A DNA stretch of 64,000 nucleotides, taken from contig CAXGMH010000001.1 in the NCBI GenBank assembly GCA_964010795.1, positions 8,003 through 72,002 on the forward strand, read 5' to 3'. Origin of the DNA: an uncultured Alphaproteobacteria bacterium (GTDB taxonomy: Bacteria; Pseudomonadota; Alphaproteobacteria; Micavibrionales; UBA9664). This document shows positions 10,042-18,973 of this stretch, one piece after another. The notes beneath the pieces were generated by a model. It was not told where the DNA came from and searched no databases. It saw only the letters and a program-made list of their open reading frames with translations. Numbering within the stretch: the stretch's first letter is position 1; each line of letters begins with the position of its first letter. A program made the translations under genes and the position numbers.

Positions 10042-13000
10042 CGAACCTGTTTAACGGCAACTTAAAAAAAGCATTGCTTGCCTCATGCTGTGTATTTGCC
10101 CTGAGTGTTTCAGGCTGTGCGAAGGTTGACGCGCCATCAGCCAGAAACGCCTCAATCCCCGCACCAGCCACCGCAAAAGAAAGGCCTGATGCTCTTAACG
10201 AAGGTTACGACCCTGTTATTTACGTGCCACTTGGTGAAGATGTTTTAATCCCCGCACCTCTCGATCAAGAGCCGCTGCCAGACCGACGCGTCGGTCCGAT
10301 TGAGCTGCGCAATGAAACTTTGGCATCGGCGCTGCAACTAATCTTAGCCGACTACGATATCCCGCTCGCCTTTGAAACAGAAGAGGCGCTGAGCCGTCGC
10401 ATCACTGTTTCCGGCGTCAAAGGTAATCTTGAATCTGTAGTAAACCGCATATGTTCTCTTGCAGATCTATATTGCTCTTATGAAGAAGGCGTTTTAACCG
10501 TAAAAGAAACGCAAGCTTTCGTTGTCTCCCTCCCGCCGATCGGCGAAGATGATGTGTTTGACGACGTCGCAAGCGGCATTGAAGCCTTAACAGGAAACGC
10601 TCCCGTTATCGATCCGTCCACCAATACAATGATCTATACGGCAAGCCACCGTAGCGCCAAGCAAGCTGAGTCCTATTTCAACCGCCTTCGCGGTAACACC
10701 GCCCTGGTCGTCTATGAGACCTATATCTGGGAAGTGCAGCTTGATGGCGGAAATACAACAGGTATCCAGTGGGATTACCTCAACGACCTGGGTGATTTCA
10801 ATTTCGGTATCAATATTGACGGCAATGTCGATTCACAAGTCGGAACGCCGATCAGCATTGGTCTTCCCACACGTGCCGCCGTCGACCTTTCCAGCGGTGA
10901 TGTTTTCCGTTTTTTATCGTCGCAGGGGACAGTCAAAACCATTTCCCAGCCTCAAATCACAGTGCTTTCCGGCTCAGAGGCCGAGCTGCGCGTAGTCGAG
11001 ACAATTAACTACATTGAATCTCTTTCAAGAACGACGGATGAAGATGGTGACGAAACTGTCTCCACATCAACATCGACAGTCGATAGCGGTTTTACTCTGA
11101 ATATCTCTTCTGGCTGGGATGATTCCACGGTTTACGGGAATATCGAAATCGAGCTGGATGAATTTCTGGGCTTTGAAACCTTTAATGCTGGCGCGAGTGA
11201 AACTCTTCAACTTCCACGCACAAGTGAACGCGATTTAACAACGCAGGTGCGTGTGCGCCCCGGTGACTCCATCCTGATCGCCGGTCTTGTTCGTGAACAA
11301 GACGAATTCAGCACAGAAGGGCCCGGTTTGAACCGCCCTATCTTCCCGACATCAAGAACAGCAAAAACAACTAATTCCGAGCTCGTCTTCCTTTTGAGAC
11401 CACGCGTTATTGCCTATGTTCCAAAAGAAGAGCAAGAACGAGCCCGCAATCTGGAAAAAGCAAATGAGCAGAATAGCCGCACACAATCTTTGTTGCGCAA
11501 AGCTTTGCAAGAAAAACAAGAAGCCGAAGAAAAGCTTAACAGCATTCGTTACTCGCTTTCCGATGCTTTACTGAAAAAAGATGAGATGCAATCTCGTCAC
11601 AGTTCTTTAGCCGAGCAGGAAAACGCCTTGGTTATACAACGCCAAAGAGAGCTTAAAGGGCAGGTTTTGCTGGAAAAAGAGCTCGACAAAAACCGTATGA
11701 CCCATCTTCAGCTACAAACTGAAGTGAAGAAAGCGCAAATGGAACAGGAGGCGCAGGCCTCACTTGTTGAGCGCTTGCAAAGCAAGCTCGCCGATGCGCT
11801 GATTGACAAGGGTCGCTTGGCGAAAGAAGTAACAGAAGCCGAGAACAAGATCGCAATCCTTGAGGCCGAGCAACAGAAAAACACAAACAGCAAAACAATC
11901 CGTGATGACGAGATTAAAAGGCTGAGTGACGAGCTCGATCAGGCTCGCGAAGAGTACAAAAACATCAAAGATCAGCTAAATGAAGCCGACATCTCAACGT
12001 CTGCCTTGCGCGGAGCTTTGAAAACAGCCAACGCTGAAAAAACAGATCTCCAGCTTAACCTTGAAAAGACACTGGAGAGACTAAGAGCGGCCGAGAACAA
12101 GAATGTAGAGTTCGAGCATGAGCTCTCACAAACCGAATTACGCCTTGATAAAATGAACAATGCGCTCATGACTTTGCGTGATGAAAAAACGCAGTACAAG
12201 GCCGAGCTTGATACGTTGCAGCAAACGATGCAAATCGTGCAATCCAGAAAAGATCAACTGGAAGAAGAGCTAACACTGTCCAAGGCTGAGCTGAGCGAGG
12301 CAGAGGCACAACTTGAAGCAGCCGACCTTGCGCGTCAAAAAATTCAAAATGAGCTGAATATCGTCGAGAGCAAATTAACGGCTCAAAAACTTGAAGAAAG
12401 TGATGCAAAAAAGGCACTGATTTCTGCTGAAACGCAGGTTGAAGAACTGGAGCGTCAGCTCTCTGTCGCTGTGAATGACAGACAAAGCAAAGAAACGGAA
12501 ATAAACTCTTTGCATGAGGCGTTGGAGAATTCACGTCAACAGCGCATCGACCTGACTCAAGAGCTAAAGCAAACGCAAGGGATGCTGGCTACGTTTGAGT
12601 CTGACTATATTCAGGCCAAAGCCCGCATTGATAAAATGGAGGCGACCTTTGAGAGCCTGTCTCAAGATCACGAGCGTTTAAAAGTACAAAAATCCGCCCT
12701 TAGTGATGATCGCCTCGCACAAGAAGAAGAGCTCGCAAGATTGAGACTTAAGCTCGAAGATTATAACGCAATCGTAAGCGCCTATGAAAAGGCCGAGGCT
12801 GATAAGGTCGACCTTCAAAAGAAGATTGACGATCTGTCACTCTCTCTTGATAGCACCAGGCTTGATCTCTCTAAAACGCAAACAGACTTCGCGAAAACAG
12901 AGCAAACCCTTTCTATAGCAGAGGAAAAGCTCGAAGCCGCCAATGCAACCAAAGTCGTACTGCAAGAAAAGCTGGATATACGTATCGCCGAGACGGATGC

Positions 13001-13994
13001 GCTGAAAGTCAAGCAACAGGATTTACAAACACAACTGGCGCAAAAAGAAGCGCAGCTCAGCTCTACGCAAGACAAGCTGGAACGTGCATTGAAAGAAAAT
13101 CAGGATTTACGCAATCAACTCGCAGAAGCTCAAGCACAGCTAGAGCTCCGCAATGCAGAGATCGCAAGACTGAAAACACTGGTGAGCGAGCAGGACACGA
13201 CACTGGTCAGCCTAAAACAAGAGCTGACAGAAGCCCGTTTCAAGGCCGAGACAAACGCCGAGAAATCCGAAGTGATCGCAGCAAGAGCCGCCGAGACAAA
13301 GTCTCTGCTTGAGAGTATGGAAGCTGAGAAAAAAGCTCTTATGGAGGAATTAAAAACCGTTCGCTCCGAAGCTCAACTTGCCAGAGAAGAAAAAATGCGT
13401 GTTCAAGAAAGCCTTCAGGAATCACAAAAGGCGCGTAATGACGCAGTTGCACGCCTTGAGAAGACAGAAAGCGATCTTGATAATCTGGCCACAGAAAAAG
13501 AAAGCTTGATGGAAGAGCTGAACGGCCTGCGCAAATCTCTCGTTGAGACAGAAAACGCGCTTGAAGTGATGCGTATTAGTCGCAAGGAAGCCGAAGAAAG
13601 GCTACAAAAGGCAGAGAGCCAATTGAGCGAAGTAACAAAAACTCGCTCACAGCTTGAAGAGGCTTTGATAAGTACTCAAGCGCAAGCGCAAGCCGCTGAA
13701 CAAGCTTATGAACAAGCACAAAAAGAGCGCAACACAAGCACAGAAGAACTAAGACGTTTGCGCGCTAATCTATCACAAGCACAGGCCGATAACGCATCAG
13801 CACAGAGCAAGCTTGAAGATATGCAGAAAAAGGCCGATGCAGCCCAAGACAGCTATATTCAAGCTATGAAGCAAAGCAGAGAAATTGAGGAAGACTTGAA
13901 AGCCACCGAAAAACAAAGAGATCAAATCGCAGAAAAGACCATGAAATTTGGCAGCTTTTCCGCCGATCTCCTCAATCCCGGAGCCACTCAATAA
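10038..13994 (+). CDS. Outer-membrane lipoprotein secretin (T4bP PilN/BfpB-like) fused to a roughly 830-aa C-terminal coiled coil
   Basis: The lipobox is VSGC, with Cys at residue 27. An N0/STN-like segment lies at aa ~88-160. The secretin core lies at aa ~222-458 (YIWEVQLD..GIQW, FLSSQGTVKTISQPQITVLSGSEAELRVVE, GFTLNISS, TTQVRVRPGDSILIAGLV, ELVFLLRPRVI). From aa ~463 to ~1295 the sequence is an uninterrupted E/K/Q/L/A-rich heptad-like stretch. Confidence 0.85.
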   Translation: MTNLFNGNLKKALLASCCVFALSVSGCAKVDAPSARNASIPAPATAKERPDALNEGYDPVIYVPLGEDVLIPAPLDQEPLPDRRVGPIELRNETLASALQLILADYDIPLAFETEEALSRRITVSGVKGNLESVVNRICSLADLYCSYEEGVLTVKETQAFVVSLPPIGEDDVFDDVASGIEALTGNAPVIDPSTNTMIYTASHRSAKQAESYFNRLRGNTALVVYETYIWEVQLDGGNTTGIQWDYLNDLGDFNFGINIDGNVDSQVGTPISIGLPTRAAVDLSSGDVFRFLSSQGTVKTISQPQITVLSGSEAELRVVETINYIESLSRTTDEDGDETVSTSTSTVDSGFTLNISSGWDDSTVYGNIEIELDEFLGFETFNAGASETLQLPRTSERDLTTQVRVRPGDSILIAGLVREQDEFSTEGPGLNRPIFPTSRTAKTTNSELVFLLRPRVIAYVPKEEQERARNLEKANEQNSRTQSLLRKALQEKQEAEEKLNSIRYSLSDALLKKDEMQSRHSSLAEQENALVIQRQRELKGQVLLEKELDKNRMTHLQLQTEVKKAQMEQEAQASLVERLQSKLADALIDKGRLAKEVTEAENKIAILEAEQQKNTNSKTIRDDEIKRLSDELDQAREEYKNIKDQLNEADISTSALRGALKTANAEKTDLQLNLEKTLERLRAAENKNVEFEHELSQTELRLDKMNNALMTLRDEKTQYKAELDTLQQTMQIVQSRKDQLEEELTLSKAELSEAEAQLEAADLARQKIQNELNIVESKLTAQKLEESDAKKALISAETQVEELERQLSVAVNDRQSKETEINSLHEALENSRQQRIDLTQELKQTQGMLATFESDYIQAKARIDKMEATFESLSQDHERLKVQKSALSDDRLAQEEELARLRLKLEDYNAIVSAYEKAEADKVDLQKKIDDLSLSLDSTRLDLSKTQTDFAKTEQTLSIAEEKLEAANATKVVLQEKLDIRIAETDALKVKQQDLQTQLAQKEAQLSSTQDKLERALKENQDLRNQLAEAQAQLELRNAEIARLKTLVSEQDTTLVSLKQELTEARFKAETNAEKSEVIAARAAETKSLLESMEAEKKALMEELKTVRSEAQLAREEKMRVQESLQESQKARNDAVARLEKTESDLDNLATEKESLMEELNGLRKSLVETENALEVMRISRKEAEERLQKAESQLSEVTKTRSQLEEALISTQAQAQAAEQAYEQAQKERNTSTEELRRLRANLSQAQADNASAQSKLEDMQKKADAAQDSYIQAMKQSREIEEDLKATEKQRDQIAEKTMKFGSFSADLLNPGATQ

Positions 13995-15700
13995 TGATGT
14001 TTAAAAAGGCGCTTACATATTCATTTGCCGCATTGGTCGCAAGCCTCAGCCTTAGCAGCCCCAATATGTCTTTGGCGCAATCTGCATTCGATGACCCGAA
14101 GCCAGAAACAGAAAGCAATGCAGGTGCCGGCCGTGCAGACGGCGATTTTATCGCCGTTCAAAACAATGTCGAAGCCGGCGAGATCGCGATTGGGGCGAGT
14201 AGCAAAGTTTTAGCGTTCTTCCGCAATGAAAGCCGCGAGATCATTACAGTAGAGGACTTAAGCCTATATCCGTCATCGAACGTTCTCGCAACTGTTAGTA
14301 GCAATGAGTGCGGGGAAACAGCTCTAACACCGGGTGCTGAATGTGCAATCATCTTGAATGTACAGGGCTCCCAGCCCGGCAGTTATAGAGTTTCCTTACT
14401 CTTAAAACACACAGGCGTAAAACGCCTTGTTTCAGCCAACATCACAGGTGAGGTGGTTTTACAGGCCGAAGGAGCAAAAGACCAGAGCCTATCTGAACTT
14501 GAGACTGGCAAAGAGCGCATTGATTTCGGTTCTGTCACATCAACTCGTCCGATCATAGAAGCGATCACCCTTAAAAATATTTCATCCGATCCAATTACAG
14601 TTGAGAACATCAAGATAGAAAGCTCAAAGCAGTCCGGCTTATCGCTTTCTCATGGCTGCGGTGAACTACAAAGTAATCAAGTATGCCTCATCTCTGTAAA
14701 ATGGGAGCCACAGGTCGAAGGACTTGCAACAGGCTTTGTTGCGATCGAACATACAGGGCGAAACAAGATCAAATATGTACCATTACGTGGCTTGTATGAA
14801 GCATCGGACGCCCCTGACGCGAGCCTGTTCCCGAGCGCGCTTCCAGGCAAAGGGTTACTGATTTCAGATATCACAGAATTTGACTTTGGCTCCGATGTTG
14901 AAAATGACACGCTTTTAACAGCAACACTGATTAATGTCGGCGATGCCCCTTTAAGTTTCAAAGGGATTGAAGTCGCAGGTGGAACAAGCACTCTTAAAGT
15001 TCTGGAACGTGGTTGCCCTGAAGAAAAGAAACTGGAGCCTACACAAGCATGCCCGATTATCCTCAAATGGTCTCCGACCTATAACGACCAAGTTCTTTCT
15101 GATGCGATGCATATCAATCACACAGGGACACGCGGGCTCCTGATGTTACCGATCACGGGTCAGGGTAAAATTGAAAAATCTGCTGAGAGAGACACTCCGC
15201 CTACAAGAAACCCTGATTCGAATACACCTCCCATGCCAGCAAACCCGAATCAGGACTTTCCTTTGCCTGCCCCAGCAAACACGCCACCAAGACTGGATCT
15301 TATGGACGACCTTTTGGAAGAGCTAACCTCGCCTACCAATATACTTCCTCTGCCTGAGCTTTCTTTAGAAGAGGAAGCACCTGCCCCAGAACCGGTAGAA
15401 GAAGAGACTGAACCTGTATCTCTGCCGATCGTGCCCAGTGCCAAGCCCATTAATCCTGAAGATCTTGAGCCTGTTGAAACCTTCTCATTCAATAATTACA
15501 TGATTAGCGCTCTGTCAAATACCAGCGCCATCTTGACTGGAGACCAAGGCAGCCTAATGGTTCGTGACGGTCGCCACACCCGCATTGACGGCACACGCTG
15601 GAAGGTAACAATCAAAGATGGTGGTGTAGAGTTTTTATCCGACCGCGAAAAAATTCTCCTGCTATTTGATGACGCTCTCCCCGTTATGCAGAGCCAATAG
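13994..15700 (+). CDS. Secreted protein with three Ig-like (ASH/PapD-like) repeats, a Pro-rich linker and a PilP/GspC-HR-like C-terminal domain
   Basis: The signal peptide is MMFKKALTYSFAALVASLSLSSPNMSLA. There are three ~100-aa repeats, each with a Cys pair and an HTG motif (ECGETALTPGAECAIILNV..KHTG; GCGELQSNQVCLISVKWEP..EHTG; GCPEEKKLEPTQACPIILKWSP..NHTG). A P/E-rich linker spans aa ~400-495. The tail is FSFNNYMISAL..SAILTGDQGSLMVRDG..IDGTRWKVTIKDGGVEFL. The start overlaps the secretin stop (TAATG). Confidence 0.7.
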   Translation: MMFKKALTYSFAALVASLSLSSPNMSLAQSAFDDPKPETESNAGAGRADGDFIAVQNNVEAGEIAIGASSKVLAFFRNESREIITVEDLSLYPSSNVLATVSSNECGETALTPGAECAIILNVQGSQPGSYRVSLLLKHTGVKRLVSANITGEVVLQAEGAKDQSLSELETGKERIDFGSVTSTRPIIEAITLKNISSDPITVENIKIESSKQSGLSLSHGCGELQSNQVCLISVKWEPQVEGLATGFVAIEHTGRNKIKYVPLRGLYEASDAPDASLFPSALPGKGLLISDITEFDFGSDVENDTLLTATLINVGDAPLSFKGIEVAGGTSTLKVLERGCPEEKKLEPTQACPIILKWSPTYNDQVLSDAMHINHTGTRGLLMLPITGQGKIEKSAERDTPPTRNPDSNTPPMPANPNQDFPLPAPANTPPRLDLMDDLLEELTSPTNILPLPELSLEEEAPAPEPVEEETEPVSLPIVPSAKPINPEDLEPVETFSFNNYMISALSNTSAILTGDQGSLMVRDGRHTRIDGTRWKVTIKDGGVEFLSDREKILLLFDDALPVMQSQ

Positions 15701-15791
15701 ATAGGTGTTTTTATAGGCCGCAGGCTCTATATTAATGATGATGTAAGGTTTATTGGCAAAATATTAAGACTGGCAACTTAGAACAGATTTT

Positions 15792-17630
15792 ATGGACACA
15801 CCTTCAGATCACGACAAAGAAAAAGCAGATAAGCAAGTCATATCACCCGATATGGCTATGGGTGGCGAACGTCGTAATGATGAAGAACGCCGCGCCGAAA
15901 ATTCCGGCCCGCCCGCAGGACAGTCCGACCGAAGAAAACTAAAGGAGCGTAGACGCTCGTTTCAGGGCGAAGGCCGTGAGCGCTATCTTGATATGGTGCA
16001 AAAAGAGCGCCTGCTCTTGTTGGAACAGGGCATTTCACGCTCAACTGAACAGCTTCTCGATATGGCCGGCGCCTATGCGCCTACAGAACAAAGCGACGAT
16101 AAAGAGGCGGTACGTGATACCGCGACTGGTGACCAACTACGCTCAATCCTGCCAGTCCAGTCATGGCTACCGCTTAATATTCACCTGATCGGCTTGCGCG
16201 ACGGCATCTTAAAAGTCGCACCTCTAAACGACCTGACACAACGCCAACAAGACAGTCTCCTTTCCACTGCCAATCGCAGCGGCTTGAAAGTTGTGCGCAT
16301 GGAAACCGAGATATGGGATCGCGCCGAACTTCTTGAAACACTTCGAAATGTGCATGACCTCTCGGCAGATCGCTGCGAGAAAACACTGGCTGAATGGCTG
16401 GGTGATGTCGATAACGGCCTTTTGCTCAACCAGTTCCAAAGCGATATGCTCGCCGAAGCCTTACAGATGCGTGCTTCGGATATTCACCTAGTACAAGACA
16501 ATAATCCGGATTCCGCCAACTGGATCAAATATAGAATTGACGGCGATCTTATTCCTGTTCACCTGTTACCGCCCGATGCTATGGCACGTCTTACGACCCT
16601 GCTTAAAAGGGATGCCGGTTTGAACTTTGGTGACAAATCCACCCCCAAAGACGGACGTTTCGGCTTTACCTGGCAAGGCCGCGGCGTCGACGTCCGCGTA
16701 GCAGCGGGCCCGCAAGGGATGGATGGAGAAAAGCTGACCTTACGTATTCTTGACCGTGCCGCACTAAAAGGTTTTGACGAGCTGTTCAAACGTCACGAAG
16801 ATGTCGGCGACCAGCTGGCCAAACTCCTTAGCCCTGAAATCAAGGGTGGTGGTGGTTTGATCCTCCTCTCGGGGCCAACGGGATCCGGTAAGACAACAAC
16901 ACTTTATGCCTGTGTGCAGCAAATCGACCGTCGCCGCAAACACGTCCTCACGATTGAAGATCCGATCGAGTATGAAATGCGCTATGCCACACAGTGGCAA
17001 GTTCAAAAAGGCGAAGCCGATTTTGCCGGCCTTATCCGAGCTGCGATGCGTCATGATCCGGATTACATCGTAATTGGGGAGATGCGCGATGCAGAAACGG
17101 TTGAAACTGCCCTTAAGGCTGCAGAATCCGGTCACACAGTGATATCCACCATTCACGCCGATACAGCCGTACAAACCTTTGAGCGACTGCTGTCTCTGAT
17201 GCCTTTAGGGCGTGAACGCTCGACAATTTTCACTCTTGCGCAACAGGTACGCGCTATTATGAACCAGCGTCTTGTTAAAACACTGTGTCAGGGCTGTGCT
17301 CATAAGGTCAAAGTCAAAGAGGTTCTCTCTCCAGAAGAGCTTCGTATGCTGGGTATTGACGGTGAAGAAAATGTAAAAAGCCACAATACAACCGGATGTG
17401 ACCTTTGTAACCGTACCGGAATTTTGGGACGGACATTGCTTCTCGATACGCTTTTGGTTACATCCTCGGTCAATCAGCGAAACGATGTCTATCAAGCCTT
17501 TCTAAACAACGTCCATGACGTCATTCACCAAGATGGTGTTATCTTCCACTCACGTAAAGAAGGACTGGTCGATCTTGTCCGTTCAGGGCTGGTCGATCCG
17601 AAATCGGCGCTGTCCTATATGGATGAATAA
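15792..17630 (+). CDS. GspE/PilB-family secretion/pilus-assembly ATPase
   Basis: It has Walker A (GPTGSGKTTTLYA), an Asp box (TIEDPIEYE), Walker B (DPDYIVIGEMRD), a His box (GHTVISTIHA), a tetracysteine motif (CQGC...CDLC) and a T2SSE_N-like segment. It also has an unusual Arg/Glu-rich ~70-aa N-terminal extension. Confidence 0.93.
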   Translation: MDTPSDHDKEKADKQVISPDMAMGGERRNDEERRAENSGPPAGQSDRRKLKERRRSFQGEGRERYLDMVQKERLLLLEQGISRSTEQLLDMAGAYAPTEQSDDKEAVRDTATGDQLRSILPVQSWLPLNIHLIGLRDGILKVAPLNDLTQRQQDSLLSTANRSGLKVVRMETEIWDRAELLETLRNVHDLSADRCEKTLAEWLGDVDNGLLLNQFQSDMLAEALQMRASDIHLVQDNNPDSANWIKYRIDGDLIPVHLLPPDAMARLTTLLKRDAGLNFGDKSTPKDGRFGFTWQGRGVDVRVAAGPQGMDGEKLTLRILDRAALKGFDELFKRHEDVGDQLAKLLSPEIKGGGGLILLSGPTGSGKTTTLYACVQQIDRRRKHVLTIEDPIEYEMRYATQWQVQKGEADFAGLIRAAMRHDPDYIVIGEMRDAETVETALKAAESGHTVISTIHADTAVQTFERLLSLMPLGRERSTIFTLAQQVRAIMNQRLVKTLCQGCAHKVKVKEVLSPEELRMLGIDGEENVKSHNTTGCDLCNRTGILGRTLLLDTLLVTSSVNQRNDVYQAFLNNVHDVIHQDGVIFHSRKEGLVDLVRSGLVDPKSALSYMDE

Positions 17631-17670
17631 CATGACAAGCAAACGGTTTTACTGGTAAAATAATAGGGCT

Positions 17671-18903
17671 ATGAAACAGTGGATTGCTGAAATCGCAACG
17701 GATACGACATCTGGCGTCAAAGTCAGAACAGAGGCCTATTACCTTCCGACCAAAGAAGACGTTCGCAGGGCGATCACAAAAACAGGCGGCTATGTCCTGA
17801 AAATCCGCCCTTATGAGCGCAGCCCGATGGAACGCTTGATCGCACGCTCGTCATGGTGGCAAGTCCAGCTTTTGCGCGGGATTCAGTTCCGCTCCACCTC
17901 CACATCACCCGGCGTTGCCCTATGGCGTATTATTTCCGCAGAAACCAATCCGACACGGCAAAACATTCTCGCTCCCGCACGAGAAGCTTTGACACGTGGT
18001 CTGGGGGTCATTGACGCCCTCAAAGCACTGAATATTTTTGACCGCGGTACGCTTGCCATTCTAGCCGCCAGCGAACGCGCAAATAAATTGGCAGAAGGAA
18101 TTCCGCACGCCATTCAATCCATCACACAAAAGCGTAAGAATATGCGTGCGATTGCCGGAACGATGGGATGGCTTGGCTTTGACGTTTTAACGATCGTACA
18201 GGCGATGTTTTGGGGGAAAGGCATGGTTTTGGGATGGTTCCGCGAGAACGTCCCCACCGAAGAACCAAAACGCACAGAATATCTTGATGTTGTCGGCAAT
18301 CTTGAGCTCACTTGGAACGTACTGATTTTTATCGCCGTTGCCCAAGGTGTGTTTATGGTCTGGTGTATTATCTCTTTTTTCCTCAATCGCGGCAAGAAAG
18401 ACTGGCCGACCGCAAGGATTGTTCGGTCTATTCCATTGATCGGCGCTTATATGCGCGATCTGGGCTTTTCCGATTCAATGTCTGCAGCATCGCGTATGAT
18501 ACGCGGAAATGTACCTATTAACGATATGTTACTGCAATCCTCCGAAGCTACATCGGTGCCCGAAGTCGCGCGCTACTGGGAAGAATCCTCCGAAGACTTA
18601 TCTCGCGGTATTCCGCTCGGCTCAGCTCTCGACCGCGAGCCACTCAACCGTAATGAACGTCTTGAGCTTGCAAGCTTGTCTGATCTCGATCAGGTTGCTA
18701 CAATCATGGAGTCGATTGGTGAGATGCGGTCACAAAATGCAAAGACAAAGCATAGCCTCATCTTATGGATCGCATTTGCTTTTACGGGGCTGTTTCTGGC
18801 CATTGCCTTCGGGAGTGCGATTTTTGCACTGACTGTCATGAATATGTCGATGGACTCGATGCTTGGCGGTCTTACAGGGGGCGGCGGTCTCGGCGGTTTC
18901 TAA
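17671..18903 (+). CDS. Divergent GspF/PilC-like inner-membrane platform protein
   Basis: 410 aa with two helical cytoplasmic T2SSF-like halves and three predicted TM helices (GTMGWLGFDVLTIVQAMFWG, WNVLIFIAVAQGVFMVWCIISFFL, LILWIAFAFTGLFLAIAFGSAIFALTV). It sits directly after the ATPase. Confidence 0.7.
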   Translation: MKQWIAEIATDTTSGVKVRTEAYYLPTKEDVRRAITKTGGYVLKIRPYERSPMERLIARSSWWQVQLLRGIQFRSTSTSPGVALWRIISAETNPTRQNILAPAREALTRGLGVIDALKALNIFDRGTLAILAASERANKLAEGIPHAIQSITQKRKNMRAIAGTMGWLGFDVLTIVQAMFWGKGMVLGWFRENVPTEEPKRTEYLDVVGNLELTWNVLIFIAVAQGVFMVWCIISFFLNRGKKDWPTARIVRSIPLIGAYMRDLGFSDSMSAASRMIRGNVPINDMLLQSSEATSVPEVARYWEESSEDLSRGIPLGSALDREPLNRNERLELASLSDLDQVATIMESIGEMRSQNAKTKHSLILWIAFAFTGLFLAIAFGSAIFALTVMNMSMDSMLGGLTGGGGLGGF

Positions 18904-18973
18904 AGAAGCTGTCATAACGCAGAATTCAACCGGCATCCGCTCGGATTGCCATATTAGGGACATTTGAACGCGA

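Noticed and set aside
11424-13922. The coiled-coil region of the 1318-aa ORF might be a separate SMC or chromosome-segregation-ATPase-type gene.
   Set aside because: It has no Walker A/B, signature or hinge motifs. The reading frame is continuous with the secretin domain, and I see no internal start or RBS context at the junction. I therefore treat it as a C-terminal extension of the secretin.
15990-16070. An MshEN-type c-di-GMP binding motif might lie in the ATPase N-terminus (KERLLLLEQGISRSTEQLLDM).
   Set aside because: The segment is out of register with the RLGxx[LVI][LVI]xxG[LVI][LVI]xxxxLxxxLxxQ consensus. The Gly positions do not align, and only one imperfect copy is present.
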